Assembly (NCBI GenBank): GCA_948663575.1 | Contig: CAPNAV010000001.1 | Coordinates: 3,901 to 67,900, forward strand | Length of the DNA stretch: 64,000 bases | From: an uncultured Candidatus Saccharibacteria bacterium | GTDB lineage: Bacteria > Patescibacteriota > Saccharimonadia > Saccharimonadales > Saccharimonadaceae | Reading direction: 5' to 3' | Shown here: piece by piece, positions 51,685 to 62,554 of the stretch | How positions within the stretch are numbered: position 1 is the first letter of the stretch | Layout: every line of letters starts with the position of its first letter | Position numbers and translations under genes: made by a program | The notes under the pieces: model-generated | What the model saw: only the letters and a program-made list of their open reading frames with translations | Databases searched by the model: none | What the model was told of the DNA's origin: nothing

Positions 51685-53447
51685 GATACCTCCTTGGTTG
51701 AAATATTTGGATTTTGCGCTGGTTGGCTCATGGCTATATTACTAGCCGGCTGTATACTTTGAGTCGCTTGGCTTGATTGAGCCTGAGCTGACGTTGCTAA
51801 GCTGGTCGCATTCTGTGCAACTGGCTGTGGCGCATTTTGAATCGCTGAACTCGTTACAGATTGACTCGCCGTGCCAACTATACTTCCATTCTGCTTTGTC
51901 TGAACATTAGCTGTCGGATTGTTTTGCCCCGCCAGATTAGCCGCGACCGGTATGTTTGGCATCGATTGAATATTTATAATTGGCGCACTCTGAGTTCCCA
52001 GTGTTGGCGCGCTTTGAGTGTTCTGGTGCATCGTAATTGTAGGTGTATTTGGCGCCGTCGACGTTGCTTGCACTGCCGATGACTGTACTGGAGCGCTCTG
52101 TACTGCGGCATTCTGCTGCGTCTGCACCCCGGCTACTGGGCTGCCTCCAGGTAAAGGTGCTCCATTAGGCAAGACATTCTTAGGCGCCGAGAAATTGCGA
52201 ATCATCTGCTCGTTATTTTGCGCAATTCGCATCTTTTCGTATTCTGATTCGGAAAGCCTCGGCAGGGAAACAAAGAAGGTTGAACCGTCCCCAAAAGCAC
52301 TTTCCACCCATACTCGCCCACCTAGCGCCTCAACACGCTGCTTCACGAGGTATAGTCCTAGTCCCGTGCCACCAATCTGTCGTGTCTGAGAGTTATCTAC
52401 GCGATAAAACTTTTGGAAAATATGCCCCGTATCTTCACTAGAAATGCCAATTCCTGTATCTGTAACGTTAATCAGAACCTTATCGCCGTCGCCTCGACAA
52501 TTCACCCAAATTTCTCCTCCTTCCGGCGTGTATTTAATCGCGTTGCCAATCAAATTATCCAGCACTTCGCGCAAGAAATCTAAATCCGTGGCCATATAAA
52601 CTTTCGGATCAATATGCTTTTTATCAAGCACGACCGGATTTACCGTGCCAAAACTAAAACGCAACTTCTTTTCTTGCATTGCATCAAGATGTTCAGAAGT
52701 GATTTTCTGAACAACTTCTACCGCATCCACCGGCACCAAGCGCGGTTTAATTCTATTATCGTCAAGCTTAGTTACATCTAGCAAATCTTTGAAAAGATGT
52801 CCTAAATGCTGACTAGCTGTATGTGCCGCCTCAAGATACTGTTTTGCTCTAACATCAATCGTAGCGGTTTGAGGATTAAGAGCTAAACCCAAGTACCCCT
52901 CAATAGAGGCTACTGGCGTTCGCATCTCATGACTAGCCGTAGAAATGAACTCCGCCTGCTCATTCTCTTCCGCTAGTTCCTTGGTGATATCGCGGAAAGT
53001 GATAATTTTAAAGTCATGTTGCCCGCCAGTCGGAATGCAAGACAAGGCCACGGCAATTTTATGCTCAGTTTGTGCTGACACCAACAAATACTCGCGTGTA
53101 GTCATCGCCTGATTAGTCATCAAAGCCGTATAAACATCACTTTGAGTAATCTCAATCGGCGTACCCTCTGAACTCTCGAGATGCATTACCAATTGATAAT
53201 CCAGCCCCGTAATATTATCAGGTCCATTATAGCCGGCCATGGCTGCGGCAGCGGGATTTGCAAATTGAATCATCCCGCTCTCATCCACCAGCATTACTCC
53301 CTCAGTAATAAAATCCAACGCCCGTTGCGCTAAAGCCGCTGAGTCGGCTGCTACATATTTATCCGATCGCTTCTTTTTAAATAAACTCATTAGCAACATT
53401 TTAACACAAGCATGAAAAAATGTGCTATATTTGATGTATATGAACAA
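51681..53447 (-). CDS. PAS-domain sensor histidine kinase (true start probably about 53390)
   Basis: ASHEMRTP H-box, NLIGNAIKYT, DTGIGI, GGTGLGL; low-complexity tail. Confidence 0.93.
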   Translation of the reverse strand: MFIYIKYSTFFHACVKMLLMSLFKKKRSDKYVAADSAALAQRALDFITEGVMLVDESGMIQFANPAAAAMAGYNGPDNITGLDYQLVMHLESSEGTPIEITQSDVYTALMTNQAMTTREYLLVSAQTEHKIAVALSCIPTGGQHDFKIITFRDITKELAEENEQAEFISTASHEMRTPVASIEGYLGLALNPQTATIDVRAKQYLEAAHTASQHLGHLFKDLLDVTKLDDNRIKPRLVPVDAVEVVQKITSEHLDAMQEKKLRFSFGTVNPVVLDKKHIDPKVYMATDLDFLREVLDNLIGNAIKYTPEGGEIWVNCRGDGDKVLINVTDTGIGISSEDTGHIFQKFYRVDNSQTRQIGGTGLGLYLVKQRVEALGGRVWVESAFGDGSTFFVSLPRLSESEYEKMRIAQNNEQMIRNFSAPKNVLPNGAPLPGGSPVAGVQTQQNAAVQSAPVQSSAVQATSTAPNTPTITMHQNTQSAPTLGTQSAPIINIQSMPNIPVAANLAGQNNPTANVQTKQNGSIVGTASQSVTSSAIQNAPQPVAQNATSLATSAQAQSSQATQSIQPASNIAMSQPAQNPNISTKEVS

Positions 53448-55191
53448 GGAAGTGATTTATTTGGAGCCGGAAGATGATATCACCGACATCTTAACTCGTC
53501 TCCAGCAGGCTGAACAAAAACTTGTGGCGCTTGTGCCGCCTAAAAAAGCCACCATGCTACGTAGTGCTGTTAATATGAAGCTGGTAGCTCGTGTCGCTAA
53601 AGAATGTGAAAAAATCGTCGTTATCGTGACGGTTGACCCCGCTATTGTCAAGATGGCTATGGCGGCAAGGATTCCCGTAGCCAAGACCTTGCAATCTCGT
53701 CCAGTTATTCCTACGGACGCTAATGTCAAGGCCGCAGAAGCCGAAATTCAGGTTGTTGATGAAGAAACCGGTGGAATCACCGACGAACCAGCCCCTAAAG
53801 CCAAGGAAGATGGCAAAATGCCATCTAAGGCTGCTAACGTTGATTCTGATGGGCATGCAGGAAAAAACGCCGAGACACTCGAGCTAACCGAAGAAGGCCT
53901 CGAAAACGGCTCAGAAACAGCCAAAAAGAGCAAAAAAGGTGATAAAAAGTCTAAAAAATCCACTTCCGACATTAAAACCTCGCCTTTTAGCAAATATCGC
54001 AAACTTATTATGTTTTGTACACCAGCAGTCATTGCTCTTGTTCTCGTCTTAGTATGGGCACTCGTTTTTGCTCCAGCCGCTACCATTACAGTCGCTATTA
54101 GTAGCACTTCTAGCAATTTTGCAGAAAATGTCAGTTTTACGACTGATCCAGCAGCAGAAAATATCGCTGAGGGTGTTTTCTACGCTCAAAAGCAAACCTT
54201 AGAACAAAAATATTCCACCGAATTTGAGGCAACTGGCGAGGAGGATCGTGGCGACAAGGCCAAAGGTCACGTCACTTTTACCTATAATTTCGATTCTTCC
54301 GCTTGTAGTACTAGCTGTGAATGGTCTGCTCCAGCTGGATCTACTATTACCGCTTATACGAGCGATGGCACTCTAGTGCGCTATACCGTAGATGCAGCTG
54401 CTTCGATGAGCTGGAACGGTGCAAAATCTAGCGATTGCCCTAGTGGCATGACCGGTAGTGGCGGCCTCTATTACTGTAAAAAGACTGTAGCTAATGTAGC
54501 TGTCACGGCCGCAGACTCAGGGGCAGCCGCCAATATCGCTGCTAATAGTCGCTGGGAGGGTTTTGAAGGGGCAACTATCGCCAACTCCAATGCCATTTCT
54601 GGTGGCACCACTGAAATGGTGAAAGTTGTCAGTCAAGAAGATGCCGATAAGGTGAAAGATGCTCAAATCTCTGAGCATACTACTGAAGGTCGCAAGATGC
54701 TCTTCGAAGACCTCAGCAAGGATGTGATAGCGATCGAATCAAGTTTCGACGCCGAAGCTGGTGAAGTGGTCGCTACGCCAGGCGTTGGCGATGTTGTCGG
54801 GGATAATACTAAGCCCAACATCATGATTACTGCAGTCTTCTCGGTTTACACCGTTGATCGTAGCAAAATTGAACAGTTCGTATCCCAAAAAAACCAAGTC
54901 GCCGCTGGCCAGAAGATTTATACTGTAGACGCGCCATATTTTGAAAGATTTACCACTATTGAAGAAGGCGCCCGTCTCAAGGCCGTCGTCGAGGTTGGCC
55001 CTACTGTCACTGAGGATGAGATCTTTGAAAAAGTCAAAGGCTGCAAAACTGGCGAGGTGCAATCTCGTCTCAAAGATAGCATTACGGGAATCAATTCCGT
55101 CGAAGTCCGTACTCCATACTTCTGGGTCTGGTCTATTCCAGAAGACCGTAGCAAAGTAACTATTAATATCGATGGGGAGGATAATGCATGA
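53440..55191 (+). CDS. Conserved CPR single-pass membrane protein (possibly baseplate-J-like C-terminal region)
   Basis: MNKEVIYLEPEDDIT...LRSAVNMKLVAR N-terminus, TM helix, VTAADSGAAANI. Confidence 0.7.
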   Translation: MNKEVIYLEPEDDITDILTRLQQAEQKLVALVPPKKATMLRSAVNMKLVARVAKECEKIVVIVTVDPAIVKMAMAARIPVAKTLQSRPVIPTDANVKAAEAEIQVVDEETGGITDEPAPKAKEDGKMPSKAANVDSDGHAGKNAETLELTEEGLENGSETAKKSKKGDKKSKKSTSDIKTSPFSKYRKLIMFCTPAVIALVLVLVWALVFAPAATITVAISSTSSNFAENVSFTTDPAAENIAEGVFYAQKQTLEQKYSTEFEATGEEDRGDKAKGHVTFTYNFDSSACSTSCEWSAPAGSTITAYTSDGTLVRYTVDAAASMSWNGAKSSDCPSGMTGSGGLYYCKKTVANVAVTAADSGAAANIAANSRWEGFEGATIANSNAISGGTTEMVKVVSQEDADKVKDAQISEHTTEGRKMLFEDLSKDVIAIESSFDAEAGEVVATPGVGDVVGDNTKPNIMITAVFSVYTVDRSKIEQFVSQKNQVAAGQKIYTVDAPYFERFTTIEEGARLKAVVEVGPTVTEDEIFEKVKGCKTGEVQSRLKDSITGINSVEVRTPYFWVWSIPEDRSKVTINIDGEDNA

Positions 55192-56741
55192 AGCTAATTG
55201 CTCTTGATGTTGGCACTAAGCGTATCGGCGTAGCTAAAGCTGACTCTTCCGTGCGCATTGCTATCCCCTATAGTGCCATTGAAGTCAACGGCGAGGAATT
55301 CAAGAAGATTGCCTCTCTTGCTAGGGCTTGGGCCATTAATAACTTTGTCCTTGGCTTACCTCGCAACTCACGGGGCGAAGAAACTGAGCAGAGTCGCTAC
55401 GTTCGGCAATTTGCCAAAGAATTAAAACGTACTATTCCCGAAGCTAAAATCTGTTTCCAGGACGAATCTCTCACCTCAGTCGAAGCTGAAAAACGTCTCA
55501 AAAACCGCAAAAAGGGCTACAAGAAAGGTGATATTGATTCTGAGGCAGCGGCCATTATTCTCCAAGACTTCCTAGAGGAGAAGACCGGCAAGTCTACTAC
55601 GCGCGCCACATCAGCTAAAAATAACAGTGTCAAAGGCCGTAAAACCCATCACTTTGGTGTAGTTTTCGCGATTATCGTCTTATTATTACTTGCCGCTGCT
55701 GGAAGCGCCTTCTTCTACTATAAGGAAGGCCTGCGTCCTGTTGCTGAAGTTGATTGTGAAGCCGTCGATGCAGACGCTTGCGATGATATTATCTTTGCGG
55801 TCGCCACTGGCTCAGGCGTGGATAACATTGCCACCGAGCTTAAGCGTGCTGATTTGATTCGGGATACACTAGTTTTTCAAGTTTATGTCCGTCTTAACGC
55901 CGGTGGCGAACATCTCAAAGCTGGTGAGTATACTCTCAATAAAACTATGAGCGTAGCTGAAATTGTCGAGCTTATGTTGAATGGCGGTAGCAGTCATGTT
56001 TTTAGTTTTACAGTTTTTCCAGGTGATACTATCTTCGATATTAGGGAACGATTAGTCAGTATTGGCTATGATGCTGACGACGTCAATGCTGCTCTGCAGG
56101 CTGACTATGGTAACCGTGATTTTAGCTGGATTTTTGAGGGGCGTCCTGAAGAAAGTAATTCTCTAGAGGGTTACCTCTTTGGTGATACCTATGAGTTTTA
56201 TGTTAAAGATACCCCAGAGGCGATTATCGAACGCTTATTAAAGGAGACTGCTAGTGTCCTCGAGGAGGGGAATTATAGAGATCGCTTTGCTGAACGTGGC
56301 TTTAATCTCTATCAAGGTATTACACTCGCCTCAGTAGTACAGCGCGAGGCCAATAACGCTGAGGACATGGCTAAAGTCGCCCAAATCTTTATCAACCGCA
56401 TGAATAACGATATGAATCTTGGCAGCGATGTCACGACACAATATGCCGTCAAATTAGCCGAAGAAGCTGGCGCAGACTATGATAATAACGCCGATGCTCT
56501 TAATATTGACTCCCCTTATAATACTCGTCTCGCCGAGCATCGAGGGTTGCCATATGGCCCCATTTCTAACCCTGGTGTCGGTGCTCTAAATGCAGTTGCT
56601 ACCCCTGATGAGTCTATGGTGGATGTGCTTTTCTTCTTGACAGGAGACGATGGTTTGATGTATTATAGTACTACGAGCGAAGGGCATGAACAGAATATTA
56701 TTGACCATTGCCAAGAGCTCTGCAATGCGCCCCTGCATTAA
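55188..56741 (+). CDS. Fusion of RuvX/YqgF nuclease domain, TM helix and MltG endolytic transglycosylase
   Basis: IALDVGTKRIGVA...DESLTS...IDSEAAAIIL; then LEGYLFGDTY, LASVVQRE, SPYNT, GLPYGPISNPG. Confidence 0.9.
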   Translation: MKLIALDVGTKRIGVAKADSSVRIAIPYSAIEVNGEEFKKIASLARAWAINNFVLGLPRNSRGEETEQSRYVRQFAKELKRTIPEAKICFQDESLTSVEAEKRLKNRKKGYKKGDIDSEAAAIILQDFLEEKTGKSTTRATSAKNNSVKGRKTHHFGVVFAIIVLLLLAAAGSAFFYYKEGLRPVAEVDCEAVDADACDDIIFAVATGSGVDNIATELKRADLIRDTLVFQVYVRLNAGGEHLKAGEYTLNKTMSVAEIVELMLNGGSSHVFSFTVFPGDTIFDIRERLVSIGYDADDVNAALQADYGNRDFSWIFEGRPEESNSLEGYLFGDTYEFYVKDTPEAIIERLLKETASVLEEGNYRDRFAERGFNLYQGITLASVVQREANNAEDMAKVAQIFINRMNNDMNLGSDVTTQYAVKLAEEAGADYDNNADALNIDSPYNTRLAEHRGLPYGPISNPGVGALNAVATPDESMVDVLFFLTGDDGLMYYSTTSEGHEQNIIDHCQELCNAPLH

Positions 56742-56786
56742 AATATACGTTTAACGTATTAAAAGGGGTGAACTGCGAGGATTAAT

Positions 56787-57875
56787 ATGAGAACTAAGAA
56801 AAAACAACATAAGACTTTGCGTGCGCTCGGTCGCGTTATACCATACGTTTTTACCGCAGTGTTGATTTTTGCTGTCGCTGCTTTCGGCTCTAAGGATAAA
56901 AACGCCTCTGGCGCCACTAGTCTTAACATGAATACCATGGCCGCCAATAATAGCGTTTCTGCCGATCAGCTCTCTGAGCTTTATGTTGTAGCTAGTCTCT
57001 CGGATTCGTTTAGTCTAGCTAGCGTGGATACCGTATCTGGTAACTATGTTTCCGCATCGGTTTTGCGCGACATTAGTCAGACTAGCACCGAACGCATTGA
57101 GAAGCCTGGCTATGTAGCCGTACAGGATGCGCGTGGTGTGCTGACCTATATCGTCTCTGACGGCGAAACTATGGAATCGATTGCCTCCGCTAAGGGTCTT
57201 ACCACTGACCAGATTCGTTGGTCCAATAATCTTAAGACCACCGATCTCACCGTTGGCCAGGCTTTGACTATTCCTGCCACCTCCGGTATTGTCTATACCG
57301 TCAAAAACGGTGACACTCCAGCCACATTAGCCTCTAGATATGGTTCGAATGAAGTTGAAATTATTGCTATGAACGACCTCGAGAATAGTTCCCTAGTAGT
57401 TGGTATGCAGATCGTCTTACCTAATGGTGTTTTGCCGACCACAGAACGCCCAGAATATGTGCCTACATATACTTATAATTATTATGGTTCTACCTCTGAG
57501 CGCCAAGATATGCGCGTTATCTATGAGAATGTCATCCGCAGCGGCACAAACCGCATGGTTTGGGGTCAATGTACCTACTATGCCTGGTGGCTCCGTGAGG
57601 AAATGGGTAGGCCGCTACCATCCGCTCTGACTGGCGATGCTAAATACTGGGCAGCCAATGCTCGTAGCTTAGGTATGCAAGTTGATAATACTCCGGAAGT
57701 TGGCGCAGTATTCCAGACTACTAGCGGTTGGTATGGTCACGTTGGTGTTGTCATAAGAATAAATGATGACGGTTCGCTGATAGTTCGCGAGATGAATTAT
57801 GGCTATAGAATTGGCGTGATCACAGAGTCTATCATCCCAGCCAACAGCGTCGGCAACTTCAGCTACATTCACTAA
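56787..57875 (+). CDS. LysM-repeat and CHAP domain cell-wall hydrolase
   Basis: YIVSDGET and YTVKNGDT LysM repeats; GQCTYYA, GHVGVV, EMNY. Confidence 0.9.
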   Translation: MRTKKKQHKTLRALGRVIPYVFTAVLIFAVAAFGSKDKNASGATSLNMNTMAANNSVSADQLSELYVVASLSDSFSLASVDTVSGNYVSASVLRDISQTSTERIEKPGYVAVQDARGVLTYIVSDGETMESIASAKGLTTDQIRWSNNLKTTDLTVGQALTIPATSGIVYTVKNGDTPATLASRYGSNEVEIIAMNDLENSSLVVGMQIVLPNGVLPTTERPEYVPTYTYNYYGSTSERQDMRVIYENVIRSGTNRMVWGQCTYYAWWLREEMGRPLPSALTGDAKYWAANARSLGMQVDNTPEVGAVFQTTSGWYGHVGVVIRINDDGSLIVREMNYGYRIGVITESIIPANSVGNFSYIH

Positions 57876-57955
57876 GGAAAATATGGTTGACTTTTTCGAA
57901 AAAGTGTGCTACAATGAAAATAAGGATCTGCGAAGGTCAGGCTTTTGAGGACTAG

Positions 57956-59263
<1,308 letters not shown>

Positions 59264-59287
59264 AACGCGTACTTAAGGGGAATTTAT

Positions 59288-59957
59288 ATGGATAGAATTA
59301 TTGGTGTATTTGATTCGGGTGTCGGTGGTTTGACTACTACCAGCGAAATACATAAGACGGTGCCTGATGTGAAAATAATTTATTACAACGATCATCAGCA
59401 TTGCCCATATGGGGAACGTTCAAGGTTGGAACTACTGACTATTACTAGAAAGATTGTATAAGAGTTGCAAAAACAGGGGGCAAGTATTATAGTTATCGCC
59501 TGTAATACTGCTACTACGCAGTGTATTAGCGACTTAAGGAAACTCTTCCCGGATTTGTATTTCATTGGCACTGAGTGATGCTGGCTGTAGTAATATTTTG
59601 CTCATGGCTACGCTTGGCACGATCAAATCTAATCGAATCGACGAGCTTGTCAACCGGCAGTCTGCCAACTATACGATTACGCTTTTGCCATGTCCGGACT
59701 TAGCCAAGTTAATTGAGGATGCAACTATCATTGAGGATGGCAAGCCAAACTTTCAGATCAGCCAAGCTATAAAGCTCAAGATATCCGAACTTCTAAAAAC
59801 CGTTGGTGATATTAAGCGATTCAATGCTGTCGTACTGGGTTGCACGCATTATGTCTATATCAAAGATTACCTCAAGCAACTTTTTCCGCAAGCTCAGATC
59901 TTCGACGGCAATTTAGGAGTAGCGCAGCGAGTGAAGGAACTTCTCGAGAGAATGTAG
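59288..59957 (+). pseudogene. murI: Glutamate racemase pseudogene
   Basis: MDRIIGVFDSGVGGLT...PYGERS, in-frame TAA at 59459-59461, VIACNTAT, frameshift/deletion after FIGTE (~59575), then VLGCTHY in another frame. Confidence 0.88.
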
Positions 59958-60809
59958 GTAAAACATTGGATTTACTGGCGATTTCTTTGCCGATAGCTAC
60001 AAGTCTCTGTCTATATGAGTCATGGACTTAATATTGATTTAATTACATAGTAAGAGCTCAACTACGCTTTAGTAGAAAACGTTTTCACTAGTCTTGCAGG
60101 ATATATCTCATATAATCCAAAATTTCAACAACCAACTCTATTTCTTTAAAAAATTTTCCAGTACGTTCTTCATGTGTACTATTTTTGCATAGCTTTTGTC
60201 GATATGAATAGTTATATGAAATATAAAGTTACTTGGATTATATTTTTCGCTGGGGCATAAAACATGGATTTCTCTTTGTATTTTTTCTAATTCCGCTTTT
60301 TACTCTAACTCAAAATACAAACAGTAGCTGTTCTCCTTGCCGTTCATGATGTTTAGCTTAGTAATTTTCGTTTTTAGCTTAGGAAACTTCATCTGATTCA
60401 ACTTTGAAATTATATTTTTTCGTCTATAACATCCCAAGCACACATAGTAAAATGAAACGCCAAGGTGTCTACCTCTGCGCGATTAGTAACATTTTTACCG
60501 AACGGAACTTTACATATTCTTATATTTTTGCCCAGTTTGCCTATTACTGTGTCGATTTTAGCGATCGAGTCTTTATCGAAATGGGATATTAATGTTATAC
60601 GTTCATGCGTGGTGACTATTATATTACTTTATCTATCGTTTAATTCAAGATCTAACTTTTACAACTCTTTAAAAGCAGCTTAATAATACATGATAACTGT
60701 ATAAAAAACTTTTTAAGTGAAGAAAAAATAATTAAAATTCGTAAAATCAGCCCATTTTTAAGATACAAAGCCAACAAAAAATGCTCTTCAGAACCTGAAA
60801 AAGCATCTA

Positions 60810-60886
60810 TGGTGCGGGCGAAGAGACTCTAACTCTCGACCTCTTCCTTGGCAAGGAAGCGCTCTAAACAACTGAGCTACGCCCGC
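60810..60886 (-). tRNA. tRNA-Gly (GCC)
   Basis: GCGGGCGTAGCTCAGTTGTTTAGAGCGCTTCCTTGCCAAGGAAGAGGTCGAGAGTTAGAGTCTCTTCGCCCGCACCA. Confidence 0.92.
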
Positions 60887-61298
60887 ATCTATTATTATCT
60901 TATCATACTAGAGTAATCATCGTCAAGGATTTTTTGCAGTTCGTGCAACTCTTATTGTATTTATCTAAAACTGGTTTATTGGCTTTACTGTTCTGAGGCA
61001 TTTCAAATGATTGCTGCCGAAAGCATACAACCATCGTCACTTTAATAGTCTTGTTTGAGAATGCTGATTGTCATACCTTCACTATGTTAGAAAAACCATT
61101 TTCTCAAAAAAGAGAATGACGATGTGCTGTTTTTTCGTTGGCAAAAAGTAAGCGCAACGATGACTGTTTTTTAATTGTCAGCTAGACAATAAACCCAGTG
61201 CAAACTGAACAAATATATGACAATCCCTAAATGAAAGTAATCAAAACCGCTCATTTATGTCACATTGAAAACGCGCCTATATATTCATAAAACCCAGA

Positions 61299-61362
61299 AC
61301 ATTGTAAATTTTACAACATTATTCAAAATATCATCTCTGTAAACGTTGTAAAAAATACAACA
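61299..61362. repeat. Pair of palindromic boxes upstream of the candidate sRNA promoter
   Basis: ATTGTAAATTTTACAAC and GTTGTAAAAAATACAAC; homologous to 15120-15186. Confidence 0.5.
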
Positions 61363-61413
61363 AAATTCAGCATTATTCTTGACTCTAAAATTATTATGCA
61401 TTATCATAAACAT

Positions 61414-61562
61414 AAGCTGATACGCTTCACTGGGTTCCACTGATGTTAGTGGAGTGTGGAGACGAAACAACAAAAATAAACAGCGGATTAAAACAAACCA
61501 ATGTGCCCTTGGGTGGGCGCGCATCAGTGAAAGAATCGACTCTCTCCGGAGGGTCGGTTTTT
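61414..61562 (+). ncRNA. Candidate ~150-nt non-coding RNA
   Basis: TTGACT(61379)-17-TATCAT(61402) promoter, closing stem GCTGATACGC/GCGCATCAGT, internal hairpin TCCACT/AGTGGA, terminator at 61534-61562, no ORF. Confidence 0.55.
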
Positions 61563-61696
61563 ATTGTATGAACGTGCAATAATTCCATTGTCGCTTCAAG
61601 ATTCTGGTTTTAATGCGGGCTTTTGGTTGTTTTATATCTTTAGTCTTTTCAGAGAGAGTGCTACGGATAACTTTAGTTTAAGGCGTTTCTTACTTC

Positions 61697-62031
61697 ATCA
61701 TTATCCATTATTAGTAGAGACTAGGCAGCGGAGGGAAAAGGGAAGAGCACGTGATCCAACTTGGGATGGGGCAGTGTTTGATGAAAAACTAAAGAAGGTA
61801 GCTTGTTCTCGGTGTACGGGGTTGCTTGAGCTGGACCACACAAAGCCGGTACTGCTTCTGCCGGATATTGTTTCTGCTATAGGATCGTAGTTCTGTTTAT
61901 ATCCGGCTCTGCTGAAGAATATTGGCGATAAGCTTGCATCATGAGTTGCATTTTTGCCCTCTGGCAATGAAACGCCTATATTGGGGCCCCGCCAAGAAGC
62001 AACTGAAGGCGCTGGATCATCGCTCACCAAA
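61697..62031 (-). repeat. Variable cassette B (ORF 61701-62030)
   Basis: Same 16-nt 5' and 40-nt 3' ends as cassette A; LVSDD...LSPIFF.RAG...GFVWSSS...SLRCLVSTNNG*. Confidence 0.85.
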
Positions 62032-62054
62032 TTATGAGTGACGTTTACTACTTT

Positions 62055-62387
62055 ATGATTATCCTATTATTAGTAGAGACTAGTCAGCGGAGGGGTCATG
62101 GATAGATTATGTCTACGGCATCGTTTGGTGTGATATAGCGACCACTAGATTGAATGTTAATGTGATAGGATTTGGATGCTGATGATTTGGTGGATGCCCA
62201 GAGATATCCACCTAGACCGCGATAAAGAGCGGCTCGATTAAAATCAGGGCCATTGCCGCGACCGGAACGCTCGAAGAAGAATGGTGATAAATTAGGATTG
62301 TAGCTCGCATCTGTGTTTACGGGGAGAGTTATGCCAGCATTTGGATGAGTGCTCTCGCCGATGATTGGATCATCATCGCTCACCAAA
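62055..62387 (-). repeat. Variable cassette C (decayed: two in-frame TGA near the 3' end)
   Basis: 5' end identical; 3' end CCCCTCCGCTGACTAGTCTCTACTAATAATAGGATAATCAT; reads ...IYP*PLR*LVSTNNR. Confidence 0.85.
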
Positions 62388-62554
62388 TAATGAAAAGAAA
62401 AAGTCTATTTTCGCTTTTTAGGGTAACGCAATCTCGCAATTTTTTCTGAATCTTTGATTCGTAAATTAGCTAACTTGAAGCCCTTTTTCTGACAGTAAAA
62501 TTCCTAAAAAATACAAGAAAATCCAAGAAAAATGACCGAACCCCGTGTTCGGGT

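Noticed and set aside
59960..60780. Gene in the AT-rich stretch after murI
   Set aside because: Only short broken hydrophobic frames; possibly a decayed membrane-protein gene, but no family can be supported.
61437..61472. Hammerhead ribozyme (CTGATG...GAAAC)
   Set aside because: Core is CTGATGT, not CTGANGA, and flanking stems I/III could not be built.
61564..61890. 108-aa plus-strand ORF
   Set aside because: Antisense shadow of cassette B, starting right after a terminator with no RBS.
62082..62098. TGA read as Gly (genetic code 25)
   Set aside because: TGA terminates several intact genes here (Mur ligase TGATG overlap, 53440-55191, both recombinases), and long conserved genes have no in-frame TGA.
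61697..62387. CRISPR array
   Set aside because: Units are ~300 bp, with two different constant ends and protein-coding cores; no cas genes and no 30-40 nt spacers.
62536..62552. LexA box (CGAAC-N4-GTTCG)
   Set aside because: Spacer is 5 nt and no SOS gene lies downstream.
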